DNA of 51,014 nt from Patescibacteria group bacterium (lineage in GTDB: Bacteria; Patescibacteriota; Patescibacteriia; 2-12-FULL-57-11), in contig SCSU01000052.1 in NCBI GenBank assembly GCA_004299275.1, positions 1 through 51,014 on the forward strand. The letters are read 5' to 3'. The notes under the pieces are model-generated. The model worked only from the letters and a program-made list of their open reading frames with translations, searched no databases and had not been told where the DNA came from. Positions within the stretch are counted from its first letter, which is position 1, and the number at the start of each line of letters is the position of its first letter. A program made the translations under genes and the position numbers. This document shows positions 9,462-19,022 of this stretch, one piece after another.

Positions 9462-11342
9462 ATGGCTATATTGGAAATTTTTGACCGGCGGATCGGCGCC
9501 GGCGAGCCCGTGCTCGTCATGGCCGAGATCGGCGTCAATCATCAGGGCAAGCTTGATTTGGCGCATCGCTTGATTGACGCTGCCGCCGACGCCGGAGTCG
9601 ACGTCGTCAAATTTCAAAAACGGAGCTTGTCCACGCTGTATCAGGAAAAATTGCTGGAAAATCCCAATCTCGGGGAGCAGGCTTTCCAGTATCTGCTGCC
9701 GATTTTGCGCGAGGCCGAGTTTGGCGAAAATGAATTTCGCGAATTGATGTCCCATGCCCGGAGCCGCGGGGTGCGGTTTTTATGCACGCCGTTTGACGAG
9801 GAGAGCGTTGACTTTCTAGAACGGCTGGGCGTGGTCGCCTACAAAGTGGCTTCGGCCGATCTGACCAACAATCTGCTGCTCCAGAAAATCGCTCGGGCAG
9901 GGAAGCCGATGCTCGTCTCCACGGCCATGGCGACGAGCGAAGAGATCCAGGGCGCGGTTGATTTTTTGCGTTCTTTGGGCGCGCGTTTCGCCCTGCTCCA
10001 CTGTGTGGCGGCCTATCCCGCGCCGCCCGAGGATTTGAATTTGCGCTTTATCACCGAACTGGAGCGGCGTTTCCCCGAGGTGCCCATCGGTTATTCTGGC
10101 CACGAACGCGGCATCGCCTGCACTTTGGCCGCGGTGTCGCTGGGCGCGGCGGTGGTCGAACGGCACATTACGCTCGACCGCTCCATGGAGGGGCCGGACC
10201 ACGCCGCCAGCTTGGAGCCGGACGATTTCCGCGCCATGGTCGCGATGATCCGCGAGATTGACCGGGCGTTGGGCGTGCCGCAGAAGATTTTGAGCCACAT
10301 GGAGCAGGCCAATCGCAAGGTCTTGGCTAAATCGCTGGTAGCGGCGCAAGACATCGCGGCTGGCACCGTGATTACCCGCGAGCTAGTTGCGGCTAAGAGT
10401 CCGGCCAAGGGTCTGCCGCCCTACCGTCTGCCGGAGCTACTCGGCCGTCGGACAACTCGCGCGATACCGCGCGATTCCTGCCTCTCACTCGAGGATTTCG
10501 GCGCGCCAACAGCGAGCTTTGCGCGGCCAGATTACCGGACGCCGTGGGCGCTCAAAACCCGTTTTTCCGAAATTGATTTTGCCGAACAGTTTGAGCCGCC
10601 GATGTTTGAATTCCACCTGTCGGACAAAGACATTGACGAACCATTCGTTCCCAAAAAACATTACCGCCAGCGCTTATTCGCGCACGCGCCGGATTACATG
10701 GGCCGGCGGGTCAAGGATCTGGCATCGCTCGATGATGACCACTGGGAGCGCTCCATCGCGTTTTGCCAGCAGGTGATTGACAAAGTGCATAGTTTAGCGC
10801 CATTTTTTGAGGGGCCGCCGGCTTTAGTGATCCACGTCGGCGGGGCCTCAATGGACCCGGTTTGTAAAAATCGGGAACGCCTGCTCGCGCGCTCGCTTGC
10901 GGCCTTCCGCCGGCTTCGGACGGACGGGATTATTTTGCTTCCGGAAAATTTGCCGCCCCACGGCTGGTATTTTTCCGGCCAGTGGTTTAACCACATTTTC
11001 GCCGAGGCCGAGGAGGTCGTTAACTTTGCCCGTGAATTGGGGCTGCGCATCTGTTTTGACACGGCCCACGCTCGCCTTGCCTGCAACGTTCTAAAAAAAG
11101 ATTACCGCCGGTTCGTGGAAACCGTCGCGCCGCTGACCGATTACGTGCAGGTATCCGACGCGGCGGGGTTCTCCCGCGAGGCGCTCCAGATCGGCGAGGG
11201 CGAAATTGATTTTGCCGAAACTTTTGATATCCTCAGACGCCACCCCGGCTGGCGCTGGTGCCCGGAGATTTGGGAAGGGCACCTCAATGGTTACCGCGGA
11301 TTTTTAACCGCGCTCGAACGGCTCAAGCCGTTTATCCCCTAA
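9462..11342 (+). CDS. neuB: N-acetylneuraminate synthase (NeuB) family protein with SAF domain and C-terminal xylose-isomerase-like TIM barrel
   Basis: AEIGVNHQG, VKFQKR, YKVASAD, HCVAAYP, GYSGHE, ERHITLDR, GPDHAASLEP; C-terminal PENLPP, ICFDTAH, SDA, PEIWEGH. Confidence 0.9.
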   Translation: MAILEIFDRRIGAGEPVLVMAEIGVNHQGKLDLAHRLIDAAADAGVDVVKFQKRSLSTLYQEKLLENPNLGEQAFQYLLPILREAEFGENEFRELMSHARSRGVRFLCTPFDEESVDFLERLGVVAYKVASADLTNNLLLQKIARAGKPMLVSTAMATSEEIQGAVDFLRSLGARFALLHCVAAYPAPPEDLNLRFITELERRFPEVPIGYSGHERGIACTLAAVSLGAAVVERHITLDRSMEGPDHAASLEPDDFRAMVAMIREIDRALGVPQKILSHMEQANRKVLAKSLVAAQDIAAGTVITRELVAAKSPAKGLPPYRLPELLGRRTTRAIPRDSCLSLEDFGAPTASFARPDYRTPWALKTRFSEIDFAEQFEPPMFEFHLSDKDIDEPFVPKKHYRQRLFAHAPDYMGRRVKDLASLDDDHWERSIAFCQQVIDKVHSLAPFFEGPPALVIHVGGASMDPVCKNRERLLARSLAAFRRLRTDGIILLPENLPPHGWYFSGQWFNHIFAEAEEVVNFARELGLRICFDTAHARLACNVLKKDYRRFVETVAPLTDYVQVSDAAGFSREALQIGEGEIDFAETFDILRRHPGWRWCPEIWEGHLNGYRGFLTALERLKPFIP

Positions 11343-11354
11343 TTACCGACATCT

Positions 11355-12305
11355 ATGGCCAGAATTCTCATCACCGGCGGCGCCGGCATGATCGGCTCGC
11401 ATCTCGCGGACGCCTTCCTCTCCCGCGGCGATTCGGTGACAGTTATGGACACGTTGGTCAGTGGCAAACGCGAGTTTGTGCCCGGCGGCGCGGCGTTCCT
11501 GCAGCGCGACATCCGCGATCCCTATTTGGATTTTTCCGGTTTTGACGGAGTGATGCACCTCGCGGCGGAGCCATACATCCCCGAGAGTTATATCCGGCCG
11601 CGCGAATTTTTTGACGTCAATGCTTTCGGGACGTTGAATGTTCTTTTTCAGGCCAAAAAAGCTGGCGTCAAAAAAATTATTTTTTACTCGTCGTCGGAGA
11701 TCTACGGTTCGGCCGTCACCGCGCCGATGGACGAGCGCCACCCGACCCTGCCGCATTCCACTTACGCGGTCTCCAAGCTCGCCGCTGACCGGCTGGCCTG
11801 GACGCTCTGGTACGAGCACCAAATACCGGTGGTGATCCAAAGACAGTTCAACGTCTACGGCCCGCGCTCGATGCAGCCCTATGTCATACCGGAGATAATC
11901 AAGCAGCTCCAGTCGGGCCGGACGGCGGTCCGCCTCGGCAACATCGAAGCGCGTCGTGACTTTACTTACGTTTCCGACGCGACGAGGGCGACGACTCTGC
12001 TCTGGGAGCGGGGACTGCCGGGCGAAGTGTATAACGTCGGCACCGGCGTGGCGCGCACCGTAGGGAGCATCGCGCGTGACATCGGGCGGCTGATGGGCCG
12101 GGAGATAACGGTGGAATTAGACGCAGAACGGCTGCGTCCGCTGGATGTTAACCACCTTGAGGCCGACGCGGGTAAAATCCGCTCGCTCGGGTGGTCGCCG
12201 CTGGTCGGCTGGGAGGACGGTCTCCGCCAGATGATTGCCTGGCATGGGGAGAATAGTCATCATTTTTCACCTGTCCGACCTTCGGGCTTGCCTGTCTTTG
12301 TATAA
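11355..12305 (+). CDS. NAD-dependent epimerase/dehydratase
   Basis: TGGAGMIGS, HLAA, SSSEIYG, YAVSK, FNVYGP, RDFTYVSD. Confidence 0.9.
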   Translation: MARILITGGAGMIGSHLADAFLSRGDSVTVMDTLVSGKREFVPGGAAFLQRDIRDPYLDFSGFDGVMHLAAEPYIPESYIRPREFFDVNAFGTLNVLFQAKKAGVKKIIFYSSSEIYGSAVTAPMDERHPTLPHSTYAVSKLAADRLAWTLWYEHQIPVVIQRQFNVYGPRSMQPYVIPEIIKQLQSGRTAVRLGNIEARRDFTYVSDATRATTLLWERGLPGEVYNVGTGVARTVGSIARDIGRLMGREITVELDAERLRPLDVNHLEADAGKIRSLGWSPLVGWEDGLRQMIAWHGENSHHFSPVRPSGLPVFV

Positions 12306-12307
12306 AT

Positions 12308-12889
12308 ATGGCCTCTAACACATTACCGCGGGATCAGCTGTTGTCAGTAGCGGCTAAAGTTCAGGCAGTTGTGCTTGACGGCGACGGAGTCATCTTTACC
12401 GGTCGGGTGCTGACGCATCCGCGTGATGGAGAATTTCTTAAAGAACGCAGCCACATTGATGGGCAGGGGATTTCGCTTTTGCGGGCCGCCGGGATGCGTA
12501 TTGCTTTTGTCACCGGCGAGAATTCCGGTTTCGTGGAACGGCTGGCGGAAAAATTGAACGGCTTGCCTTCGGTCCGCGCCGGCCATTGGCCGCCGGTTTT
12601 TTTGGCGGCGAACGAACAGGGGAGAGGTAAGGTGGAAGTTGTTCGCGGCTGGCTCCAGAGTTTTGAAGCTGATTTCCCGGTTTGCGCGGTGATGGGCGAC
12701 GACCTTTCTGATCTCGCGCTGCTTGAACTCGCGGGCCTGGCCGCGGCGCCGGCACAGGCCGAGGCCGTGATAAAAGAGCGCGCGCACTGGATTGCGCCGA
12801 GGCGCGGCGGTGACGGCGCGATCCGCGATTTGGCTGACCTCATCCTCGCCGCCCGGGGCGTGGATGTCCGCACGTTGCCACTCCGATAG
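12308..12889 (+). CDS. KdsC/YrbI-like HAD phosphatase (keto-deoxy acid phosphate phosphatase)
   Basis: LDGDGV motif I, DGQGI, VTG, MGDDLSD, GGDGAIRDLADLIL. Confidence 0.85.
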   Translation: MASNTLPRDQLLSVAAKVQAVVLDGDGVIFTGRVLTHPRDGEFLKERSHIDGQGISLLRAAGMRIAFVTGENSGFVERLAEKLNGLPSVRAGHWPPVFLAANEQGRGKVEVVRGWLQSFEADFPVCAVMGDDLSDLALLELAGLAAAPAQAEAVIKERAHWIAPRRGGDGAIRDLADLILAARGVDVRTLPLR

Positions 12890-12922
12890 CTCACTGTTAA
12901 TTCGTCGCAATACAAAAATCCG

Positions 12923-12947
12923 AGGCTCGGAACCACCGAGCTTTTTT
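12923..12947 (+). terminator. Putative Rho-independent terminator
   Basis: aggctcgg-aacca-ccgagctt hairpin followed by T6. Confidence 0.55.
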
Positions 12948-12984
12948 GCTGGAGGCAAGCACTTTGTTCTAACCCATCAAGTCC

Positions 12985-13013
12985 TTGACCGGCGGCGGCG
13001 GACCGGTTATTAT
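12985..13013 (+). promoter_or_regulatory. Putative sigma70 promoter (TTGACC-N17-TATTAT)
   Basis: 5/6 matches at both boxes, 17-bp spacer, upstream of neuA. Confidence 0.6.
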
Positions 13014-13045
13014 TGATAACCCATTTAAAAAAGTAAGTTTTACCT

Positions 13046-13774
13046 ATGAATGTGCTTGGCGTCATTACTGCCCGCGGCGGCTCAAAGAGCGTCCCCAAGA
13101 AAAACATCCGGCCGATGGCCGGCAAACCCCTGCTGGCTCATACCATTGAACAAGCTAAGGGCTCGGCGCGGCTCACGCGGGTCATCCTTTCAACTGACGA
13201 CCCCGAGATTGCCGCGGTCGGCCGGGAGTGGGGCGTTGAAGCGCCGTTTATCCGGCCGGCGGAGTTTGCTCTAGACCGGACGCCGGACCTGCCGGTTTTC
13301 GTCCACGCCCTAAATTGGCTTAAGGTAAACGAGGGTTATTTCCCGGATGTCGTCGTGCACCTGCGTCCGACTTCGCCGGGCCGGACCAGCGGGATGATTG
13401 ATGAGGCGGTGGATTTGCTCTTGGCGCATCCGGAAGCCGACTGCGTCCGCGGCGTGGCACTGCCGCATGACAATCCCTTTAAGATGTGGACGATTGGCAA
13501 CGATGGTTATTTAAAGCCGCTGTTAGCCGTCCCCGGCGTTGCCGAACCATACAACGCGCCACGGCAGGCGCTGCCCGAGGTTTGGTATCAGCTCGGCTAC
13601 GTTGACGCGATTTGGCCCAAGACGATTTTGGAAAAAAATTCCATGACCGGCAGCCGCGTCTACCCGCTCCGCCTCCAGGTCGCGGAGTATACGGATATTG
13701 ATTCGCTTTTTGACTGGCGGGTAGCGGAGATGTATCTGGAGGAACAGCAAAAAAAGACCGGCAACGCGGGCTAG
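13046..13774 (+). CDS. neuA: Acylneuraminate (nonulosonate) cytidylyltransferase
   Basis: ITARGGSKSVPKKN, GKPL, LSTDD, RPAEFALD, LRPTSP, DIDS. Confidence 0.92.
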   Translation: MNVLGVITARGGSKSVPKKNIRPMAGKPLLAHTIEQAKGSARLTRVILSTDDPEIAAVGREWGVEAPFIRPAEFALDRTPDLPVFVHALNWLKVNEGYFPDVVVHLRPTSPGRTSGMIDEAVDLLLAHPEADCVRGVALPHDNPFKMWTIGNDGYLKPLLAVPGVAEPYNAPRQALPEVWYQLGYVDAIWPKTILEKNSMTGSRVYPLRLQVAEYTDIDSLFDWRVAEMYLEEQQKKTGNAG

Positions 13775-13786
13775 TTTTCCTCTCTT

Positions 13787-15595
13787 ATGCCTCCGAAAGT
13801 TTTAATTATTGGGTTAGGGTCAATCGGCCGCCGGCATGTCCAGAACCTTCGCGCTTTGGGCGTGAATGATATTTTCGCTTTTCGCAGCCGCGGCGCGGCT
13901 GCCCGCCCGCTTGAGCCCGGGGAGCAGGTTCTGACCGTGCCGACTCTCGAGGCCGGACTGGCCCGGAAACCGGACATTGTTTTTGTCACCAACCCGACCG
14001 CTTTTCACCTCGCGACCGCCCGCGCGGCGGTCAGAGCCGGCGCCCATGTTTTTATCGAAAAGCCGATCAGCCATACGCCAAACGGCGTGGAGGAATTTTT
14101 AAGCGAGGCGGCCGCGGCCGGCCGTCATGTTTTTGTCGGCTTCAACTTTCGGTTCCATCCGACTATCCGTATTGCCCGCGAGCGGCTCCTTGCCGGCGCG
14201 ATCGGCCGGCCGGTGTCGGCGCGTTTTGCCATCGGCGAATATCTGCCCGACTGGCATCCTTGGGAGGACTATCGCACAAGCTACAGCGCGCGAGCTGAGC
14301 TCGGCGGCGGCGTGCTACTCACTCAAATCCACGACATTGATTTACTTAATTGGTTTTTTGGATTGCCTCGAGAGGTCACGGCTTCGTTGGGCACCTGCGG
14401 GGAGCTAGGCGTTGATGTTGAAGACGTCGCCGCTTTGATTTGCAATTATGAGCGACTGATTGCCGAAGTGCATCTGGATTATTTGGAAAAACCGGCGCGG
14501 CGGTGCTTCACCATCATCGGTACGGGAGGAAAAATGGAGTGGACGCAACAAGACGGCACGCTGCGTATCTGGCGCCACGGCGCAAGTGAGCCGGAAGAGC
14601 ACCGGGCGCCCCTGGGTTTTGAACGCAACGACATGTTTTTGGCGGAAGCGGCCCACGTGTTGGCGGTGCTCCGGGGAGAAGAAAGCTCCCTTATCTCCGG
14701 TGACGCCGGACGCGACGCGCTTAAAATCGCGGCGGCGGCGAAACGCGCTTCCGCCGAGCGCCGCATCTGTCCGCTTGTCGCGGGCGAAAGGGAGCATAAC
14801 CCCTTTGACCTTACTGGGCGCGTGGCTATCGTGACTGGCGCGACCGGACTATTAGGGCGAGAATATGCTGACGAACTCTCGCGCGCCGGCGCGACCGTCG
14901 TCGCCACAGATCTGAGTCAGGGGCGCTGTGTGGAGCTCGCCGCTTCGCTGTCGGCGGCAACCGGCGGCAAAGTCATCGGGCTCGCCGCCGACATCACTAA
15001 CAGCGAAGAGGTAGACCGGCTGGTCGCCGAAACGGAGAGGCGCTTCGGCCGGATTGATATTTTGGTCAATAACGCCGCGATGAACCCCGTCCCCGGTTTG
15101 GCGATTTTTGAAAAATCTTTCGCGCCTTTTGAGGAATATCCGCGCGAACTTTGGGAACGGGAGCTCGCGGTAAACGTTACTGGCCCCTTTTTGCTCTGCC
15201 AGCGCGTCGGCGCGCTCATGGCGCGGCAGGGGAGGGGTTCGATTATCAACATCTCTTCCACCTACGGTAATGTCGCGCCGGACCATCGCATATACGGTCC
15301 CGGCAAATACAAATCCGTCGGCTATGCCGTAACCAAATCCGCGGTGCTTAATTTGACGCGTTATCTTGCTGCTTACTGGGGGCCGAAAGGGGTCCGGGTG
15401 AATACGCTGACCCCGGGCGGCGTTGGTGCCGGACAAGACCCGGACTTCCGGCGCCAATATGCCGACCGGACCATGCTCGGGCGGATGGCCGAGAAGAACG
15501 AATACCGCGGCGCGATTCTCTACCTCGCTTCGGATGCCTCGAGTTACATGACCGGCGCGAATCTTATCGTTGACGGCGGCTGGACCGCGTGGTAA
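13787..15595 (+). CDS. Fusion: Gfo/Idh/MocA oxidoreductase + PtmA-like SDR
   Basis: N-half GLGSIGRRH, IEKP, GGGVLLTQIHDID; C-half TGATGLLG, NNAA, ISSTYG, YAVTK, GANLIVDGGWTAW; single ORF. Confidence 0.88.
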   Translation: MPPKVLIIGLGSIGRRHVQNLRALGVNDIFAFRSRGAAARPLEPGEQVLTVPTLEAGLARKPDIVFVTNPTAFHLATARAAVRAGAHVFIEKPISHTPNGVEEFLSEAAAAGRHVFVGFNFRFHPTIRIARERLLAGAIGRPVSARFAIGEYLPDWHPWEDYRTSYSARAELGGGVLLTQIHDIDLLNWFFGLPREVTASLGTCGELGVDVEDVAALICNYERLIAEVHLDYLEKPARRCFTIIGTGGKMEWTQQDGTLRIWRHGASEPEEHRAPLGFERNDMFLAEAAHVLAVLRGEESSLISGDAGRDALKIAAAAKRASAERRICPLVAGEREHNPFDLTGRVAIVTGATGLLGREYADELSRAGATVVATDLSQGRCVELAASLSAATGGKVIGLAADITNSEEVDRLVAETERRFGRIDILVNNAAMNPVPGLAIFEKSFAPFEEYPRELWERELAVNVTGPFLLCQRVGALMARQGRGSIINISSTYGNVAPDHRIYGPGKYKSVGYAVTKSAVLNLTRYLAAYWGPKGVRVNTLTPGGVGAGQDPDFRRQYADRTMLGRMAEKNEYRGAILYLASDASSYMTGANLIVDGGWTAW

Positions 15596-15630
15596 ATTAG
15601 GCGCGTTTTTTCGCCAATCATTGTTATTTT

Positions 15631-16680
15631 ATGTCCAGACAAATGATGATCGGCTCGACGCCGGTCGGCGACGGTTTGCCCTGCTACCTCATCGCTGAAG
15701 CCGGGGTTAACCATAACGGCGACCCAGAGATCGCCCGTGCGCTTATAGACCGCGCGGCGGAGGTTAAAGCCAGCGCGGTCAAATTTCAAAAACGCACGAT
15801 CCCCGAGATTTTGGTGCGCTCGGCGCTGGAGAAACCTTATTTGAGTTCCACCGCGCTCGGGCCGACTTACGGCGAGCACCGGGAAAAACTGGAACTCTCC
15901 GAGGCGGTTTATTACAAACTTTTCGCGGCCGCGGCGGAGCGGGGCATCCACTTTTTGGCCAGCGGCTGGGACAAAACCGCGGTGGACTTTTTGGATAGCT
16001 TGGGCGTGCCGGCTTTTAAGGCCGCCTCAGCCGATGTTACCAACCTGCCGCTGCTTGAGCATATTGCCCGCAAGAGTAAGCCCGTCATTCTTTCCACCGG
16101 CATGAGTTCAGTAGAGGAGATTGACGAAGCCGTAGAGACCGTGCTCGCGCACAACGAAAATTTAATTCTTCTCCACTGCGTTTCCACTTACCCCTCGCCC
16201 AACGACAGCATCAACCTCCGGGTGATGGAGACGCTCCGCCGCCGCTACAACTTGCCCATCGGCTACTCCGGTCATGAGCGCGGTATCGCGATTTCCGTCG
16301 CGGCGCGCGCGCTCGGCGCGGTGGTGATAGAAAGGCATTTTACTCTGGACCGCGCGATGCGCGGACCTGACCACGCCGCCTCGCTCGAGGTCGCCGGCCT
16401 CCAAAAACTGGTCCAGTATGTCCGTACCGTGGAGCAGGCCTTGGGCTCGGCCGAAAAGGGCATCCAAAGCGATGAGGCGCCGATGAGGAACAAATTGGCC
16501 AAGAGCGTGGCCAGCGCCGCGCGGATTCCCGCCGGCGCCGTAATCAGCGCGGCGATGCTCACGATCAAGGGTCCCGGCGACGGCCTGAAGCCCAAATATC
16601 TCCGCGCGCTTATCGGCAAAATCGCGCAGCAGGACATCGAGGCCGATACGCTGATTCCGCCGGAGGCGCTCCATTGGTAG
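15631..16680 (+). CDS. neuB: N-acetylneuraminate synthase (NeuB) family protein with SAF domain
   Basis: IAEAGVNHNG, VKFQKR, LSTGMS, HCVSTYP, GYSGHE, ERHFTLDR, GPDHAASL, KGPGDGL. Confidence 0.92.
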   Translation: MSRQMMIGSTPVGDGLPCYLIAEAGVNHNGDPEIARALIDRAAEVKASAVKFQKRTIPEILVRSALEKPYLSSTALGPTYGEHREKLELSEAVYYKLFAAAAERGIHFLASGWDKTAVDFLDSLGVPAFKAASADVTNLPLLEHIARKSKPVILSTGMSSVEEIDEAVETVLAHNENLILLHCVSTYPSPNDSINLRVMETLRRRYNLPIGYSGHERGIAISVAARALGAVVIERHFTLDRAMRGPDHAASLEVAGLQKLVQYVRTVEQALGSAEKGIQSDEAPMRNKLAKSVASAARIPAGAVISAAMLTIKGPGDGLKPKYLRALIGKIAQQDIEADTLIPPEALHW

Positions 16681-16682
16681 CT

Positions 16683-17642
16683 ATGCGGAGCAATTTTTGG
16701 GACAATCGCCGGGTTTTTGTCGTCGGCGGCGGCGGCTATCTGGGCATTGAGCTTGTCCGGGCGCTGGCTCAGTATGGCGCCCGAGTGACGGTGTTTGACC
16801 GCGCGGACTGCCGGCCGGCTTTCGCCGGTTTCCCCGGCGCGCCGGTCGCGGTCAAAGTCGGCGACCTGCTCCGGGGCGATCTCGCGGCCTCACTCGCCGA
16901 GGTTCAGCCGGAGACCTGTTTTCATCTCGCGGGTCTCCCGGGCGTGGCTGCCTCGCAGGCTGACCCCGGCGCCGCGTTTGAGGCGAATGCCCGCGGCGTT
17001 TGGCTCTTTTTGCTCGCCGCCAAAGTTCAGCCGGGCATCCGCGAGATAGTTCTCGCCTCAAGCAACCACGTCTACGGCGAACAGGAAATTTTGCCGACCG
17101 GCGAGGACTCACCGCTCCGGGGCGCGAGCACTTATGCCGTCTCCAAAATCTGCGGCGATTACGCCGCCCGCGCTTTTGTCCAGTACGGCCTGCCTATTGC
17201 TCTCGCCCGCATCACCAACACTTTCGGCGCCGTTGACCCGCACTCGGAGCATATAATCTCGAGCACGATTCGCGCGGTGCTCGCCGGGCGGCGGCCGGTC
17301 ATCCGCGGCAACGGCAAAGACAGCAAGGGCTTCCTTTACTATAAAGACACGATTAACGCGTTCCTGACTCTGGCCGAGGAGCTCCAAGCCAAGCGCCTCT
17401 TCGGCGAAGCGTTCAATTTTGCGCCCGACTCACCGATAACGGTTTTGGAACTCACGCGCGTTATTGCCCGCGTCCTGGGCCGGCCGGATTTAGAACCGGC
17501 AATCCAAGGCGACCCCAACGGACCTTTTGAACGCGAATATCTTTCAATTGAAAAGGCGCGCCGCGTTTTGGGTTGGTCGCCAAGTTGGCGGCTCGAAGAC
17601 GCGGTCCGGGAGGCAGCCGCCGCGTCCGGCCCCGCGCATTGA
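16683..17642 (+). CDS. NAD-dependent epimerase/dehydratase (CDP-sugar type)
   Basis: FW.NRRVFVVGGGGYLG, FHLAG, SSNHVYG, YAVSK, GEAFNF. Confidence 0.85.
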   Translation: MRSNFWDNRRVFVVGGGGYLGIELVRALAQYGARVTVFDRADCRPAFAGFPGAPVAVKVGDLLRGDLAASLAEVQPETCFHLAGLPGVAASQADPGAAFEANARGVWLFLLAAKVQPGIREIVLASSNHVYGEQEILPTGEDSPLRGASTYAVSKICGDYAARAFVQYGLPIALARITNTFGAVDPHSEHIISSTIRAVLAGRRPVIRGNGKDSKGFLYYKDTINAFLTLAEELQAKRLFGEAFNFAPDSPITVLELTRVIARVLGRPDLEPAIQGDPNGPFEREYLSIEKARRVLGWSPSWRLEDAVREAAAASGPAH

Positions 17643-17645
17643 TTT

Positions 17646-19022
17646 ATGACTTCGCGAACCATCTTTATCACCATCTCGCGCGGCGGCACCGCGCGAAATA
17701 TTTTACAGACGGATGCTTTTCGCCTTCTCCGCGAGAGCGGCGCTCGTTTGGTCATTTTGAGCCCGGCTTGGCAGGACGAGCGTTTTCGCCGGACTTTCGG
17801 CTATCCGGGCGTGGAGTTCGCGCCTCTTTATGAGCCGCCCTGGAGTTTTTGGGACTACCTTTTTGTCGGTTTGCACAAAGCGCTGGTTTACAACGCCAGC
17901 ACCGAGATGCGCGATCGTTACGGGATTTATTCGCCGGACGAGGCCAATGTTCTCCGGTATTGGGCGAAGCGCCTCGTGTTCCGGCCCCTGCGGAACATCG
18001 GCGCGCTCAAAGAGTGGGCGCGCGCGCTGGACGCGGCGGTGATCCGCGACCGGCACTACGGTGAGCTCTTTAGCCGGTACCGTCCGGCCGCCGTTTTTTC
18101 CACCAGCGTCATCGAGGACATGGATGTTGCCGTGCAAAAACAAGCGCGTGCCCGCGGGGTGCCGATTATCGCCATGCCCAAGTCCTGGGACAATCTCTCC
18201 AAAATCAGCTGCCGCGTAAAACCAGACCGCCTGCTGGTCTGGGGGCCGTACTCGGAAGAAGAAGCGGCGCGATTCCAGAACATCCCCTCCGCCGAGGTGG
18301 AGATTTGCGGCATTCCGCAGTTTGACCTTTACTCGCGGCCGGAAATTTTTGTCAGCCGCGAGGAGTTTTGCCGCGCCTTTGCTCTCGACCCGCAAAAAAA
18401 AATCATCCTCTACGCCTCCGAGGGCAAGGTGGCCAAGCATGACCCGGAAATGGTCCTAATGCTGGCCCGGGCCGCCGCCGCGCGCACTCTCGGCGCGCCG
18501 GCGCAGATTTTAATCCGGCCGCATTTTATCTACCCGGGTGATAAGGAAAAATTCGCGAGCGTCGCCTCCTTGCCGGGCGTTTTTATTGATAATTTTTATC
18601 AGCCCTCGGCGTGCTTTCGCGACCGCTGGGATTACAGCGTGGAGCAGATGAAACACTTGGCCAACCTCCTCCACCATGCCGACGTTTTGGTCACTTCCAA
18701 TTCAACCCTGACCCTCGATGCCTCGGCAATGGACAAGCCGACGGTCAACGTCGCTTTCGATGGCCGCGAGAAAAAACCCTTTACCGCCTCCATCGCCAAG
18801 TGGTACACGACCGAGTACTATCGTCAAGTGGTCGCGACCGGCGCGCCGTGGCTCGTCGGCTCCGAGGAGGAACTTTTGGCCGCGGTCCGCGCTCTCCTCG
18901 CTGACCCTTCGATTCGCCGCGCCGAGCGGCGGCGGCTGGCCGACTATTTTTGCGGTCCGCGCGACGGCCGGGCCGGGGAGCGTGTCGGACAAGCGGTTAT
19001 TGAGTTTGTTAATGGCGTATGA
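17646..19022 (+). CDS. GT-B fold protein, CDP-glycerol glycerophosphotransferase-like (candidate nonulosonate transferase)
   Basis: SWDNLSK, GIPQFDLY, IRPH, STLTLDASAMDKPTVN, DGRAGERV; paralog of the next gene. Confidence 0.65.
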   Translation: MTSRTIFITISRGGTARNILQTDAFRLLRESGARLVILSPAWQDERFRRTFGYPGVEFAPLYEPPWSFWDYLFVGLHKALVYNASTEMRDRYGIYSPDEANVLRYWAKRLVFRPLRNIGALKEWARALDAAVIRDRHYGELFSRYRPAAVFSTSVIEDMDVAVQKQARARGVPIIAMPKSWDNLSKISCRVKPDRLLVWGPYSEEEAARFQNIPSAEVEICGIPQFDLYSRPEIFVSREEFCRAFALDPQKKIILYASEGKVAKHDPEMVLMLARAAAARTLGAPAQILIRPHFIYPGDKEKFASVASLPGVFIDNFYQPSACFRDRWDYSVEQMKHLANLLHHADVLVTSNSTLTLDASAMDKPTVNVAFDGREKKPFTASIAKWYTTEYYRQVVATGAPWLVGSEEELLAAVRALLADPSIRRAERRRLADYFCGPRDGRAGERVGQAVIEFVNGV

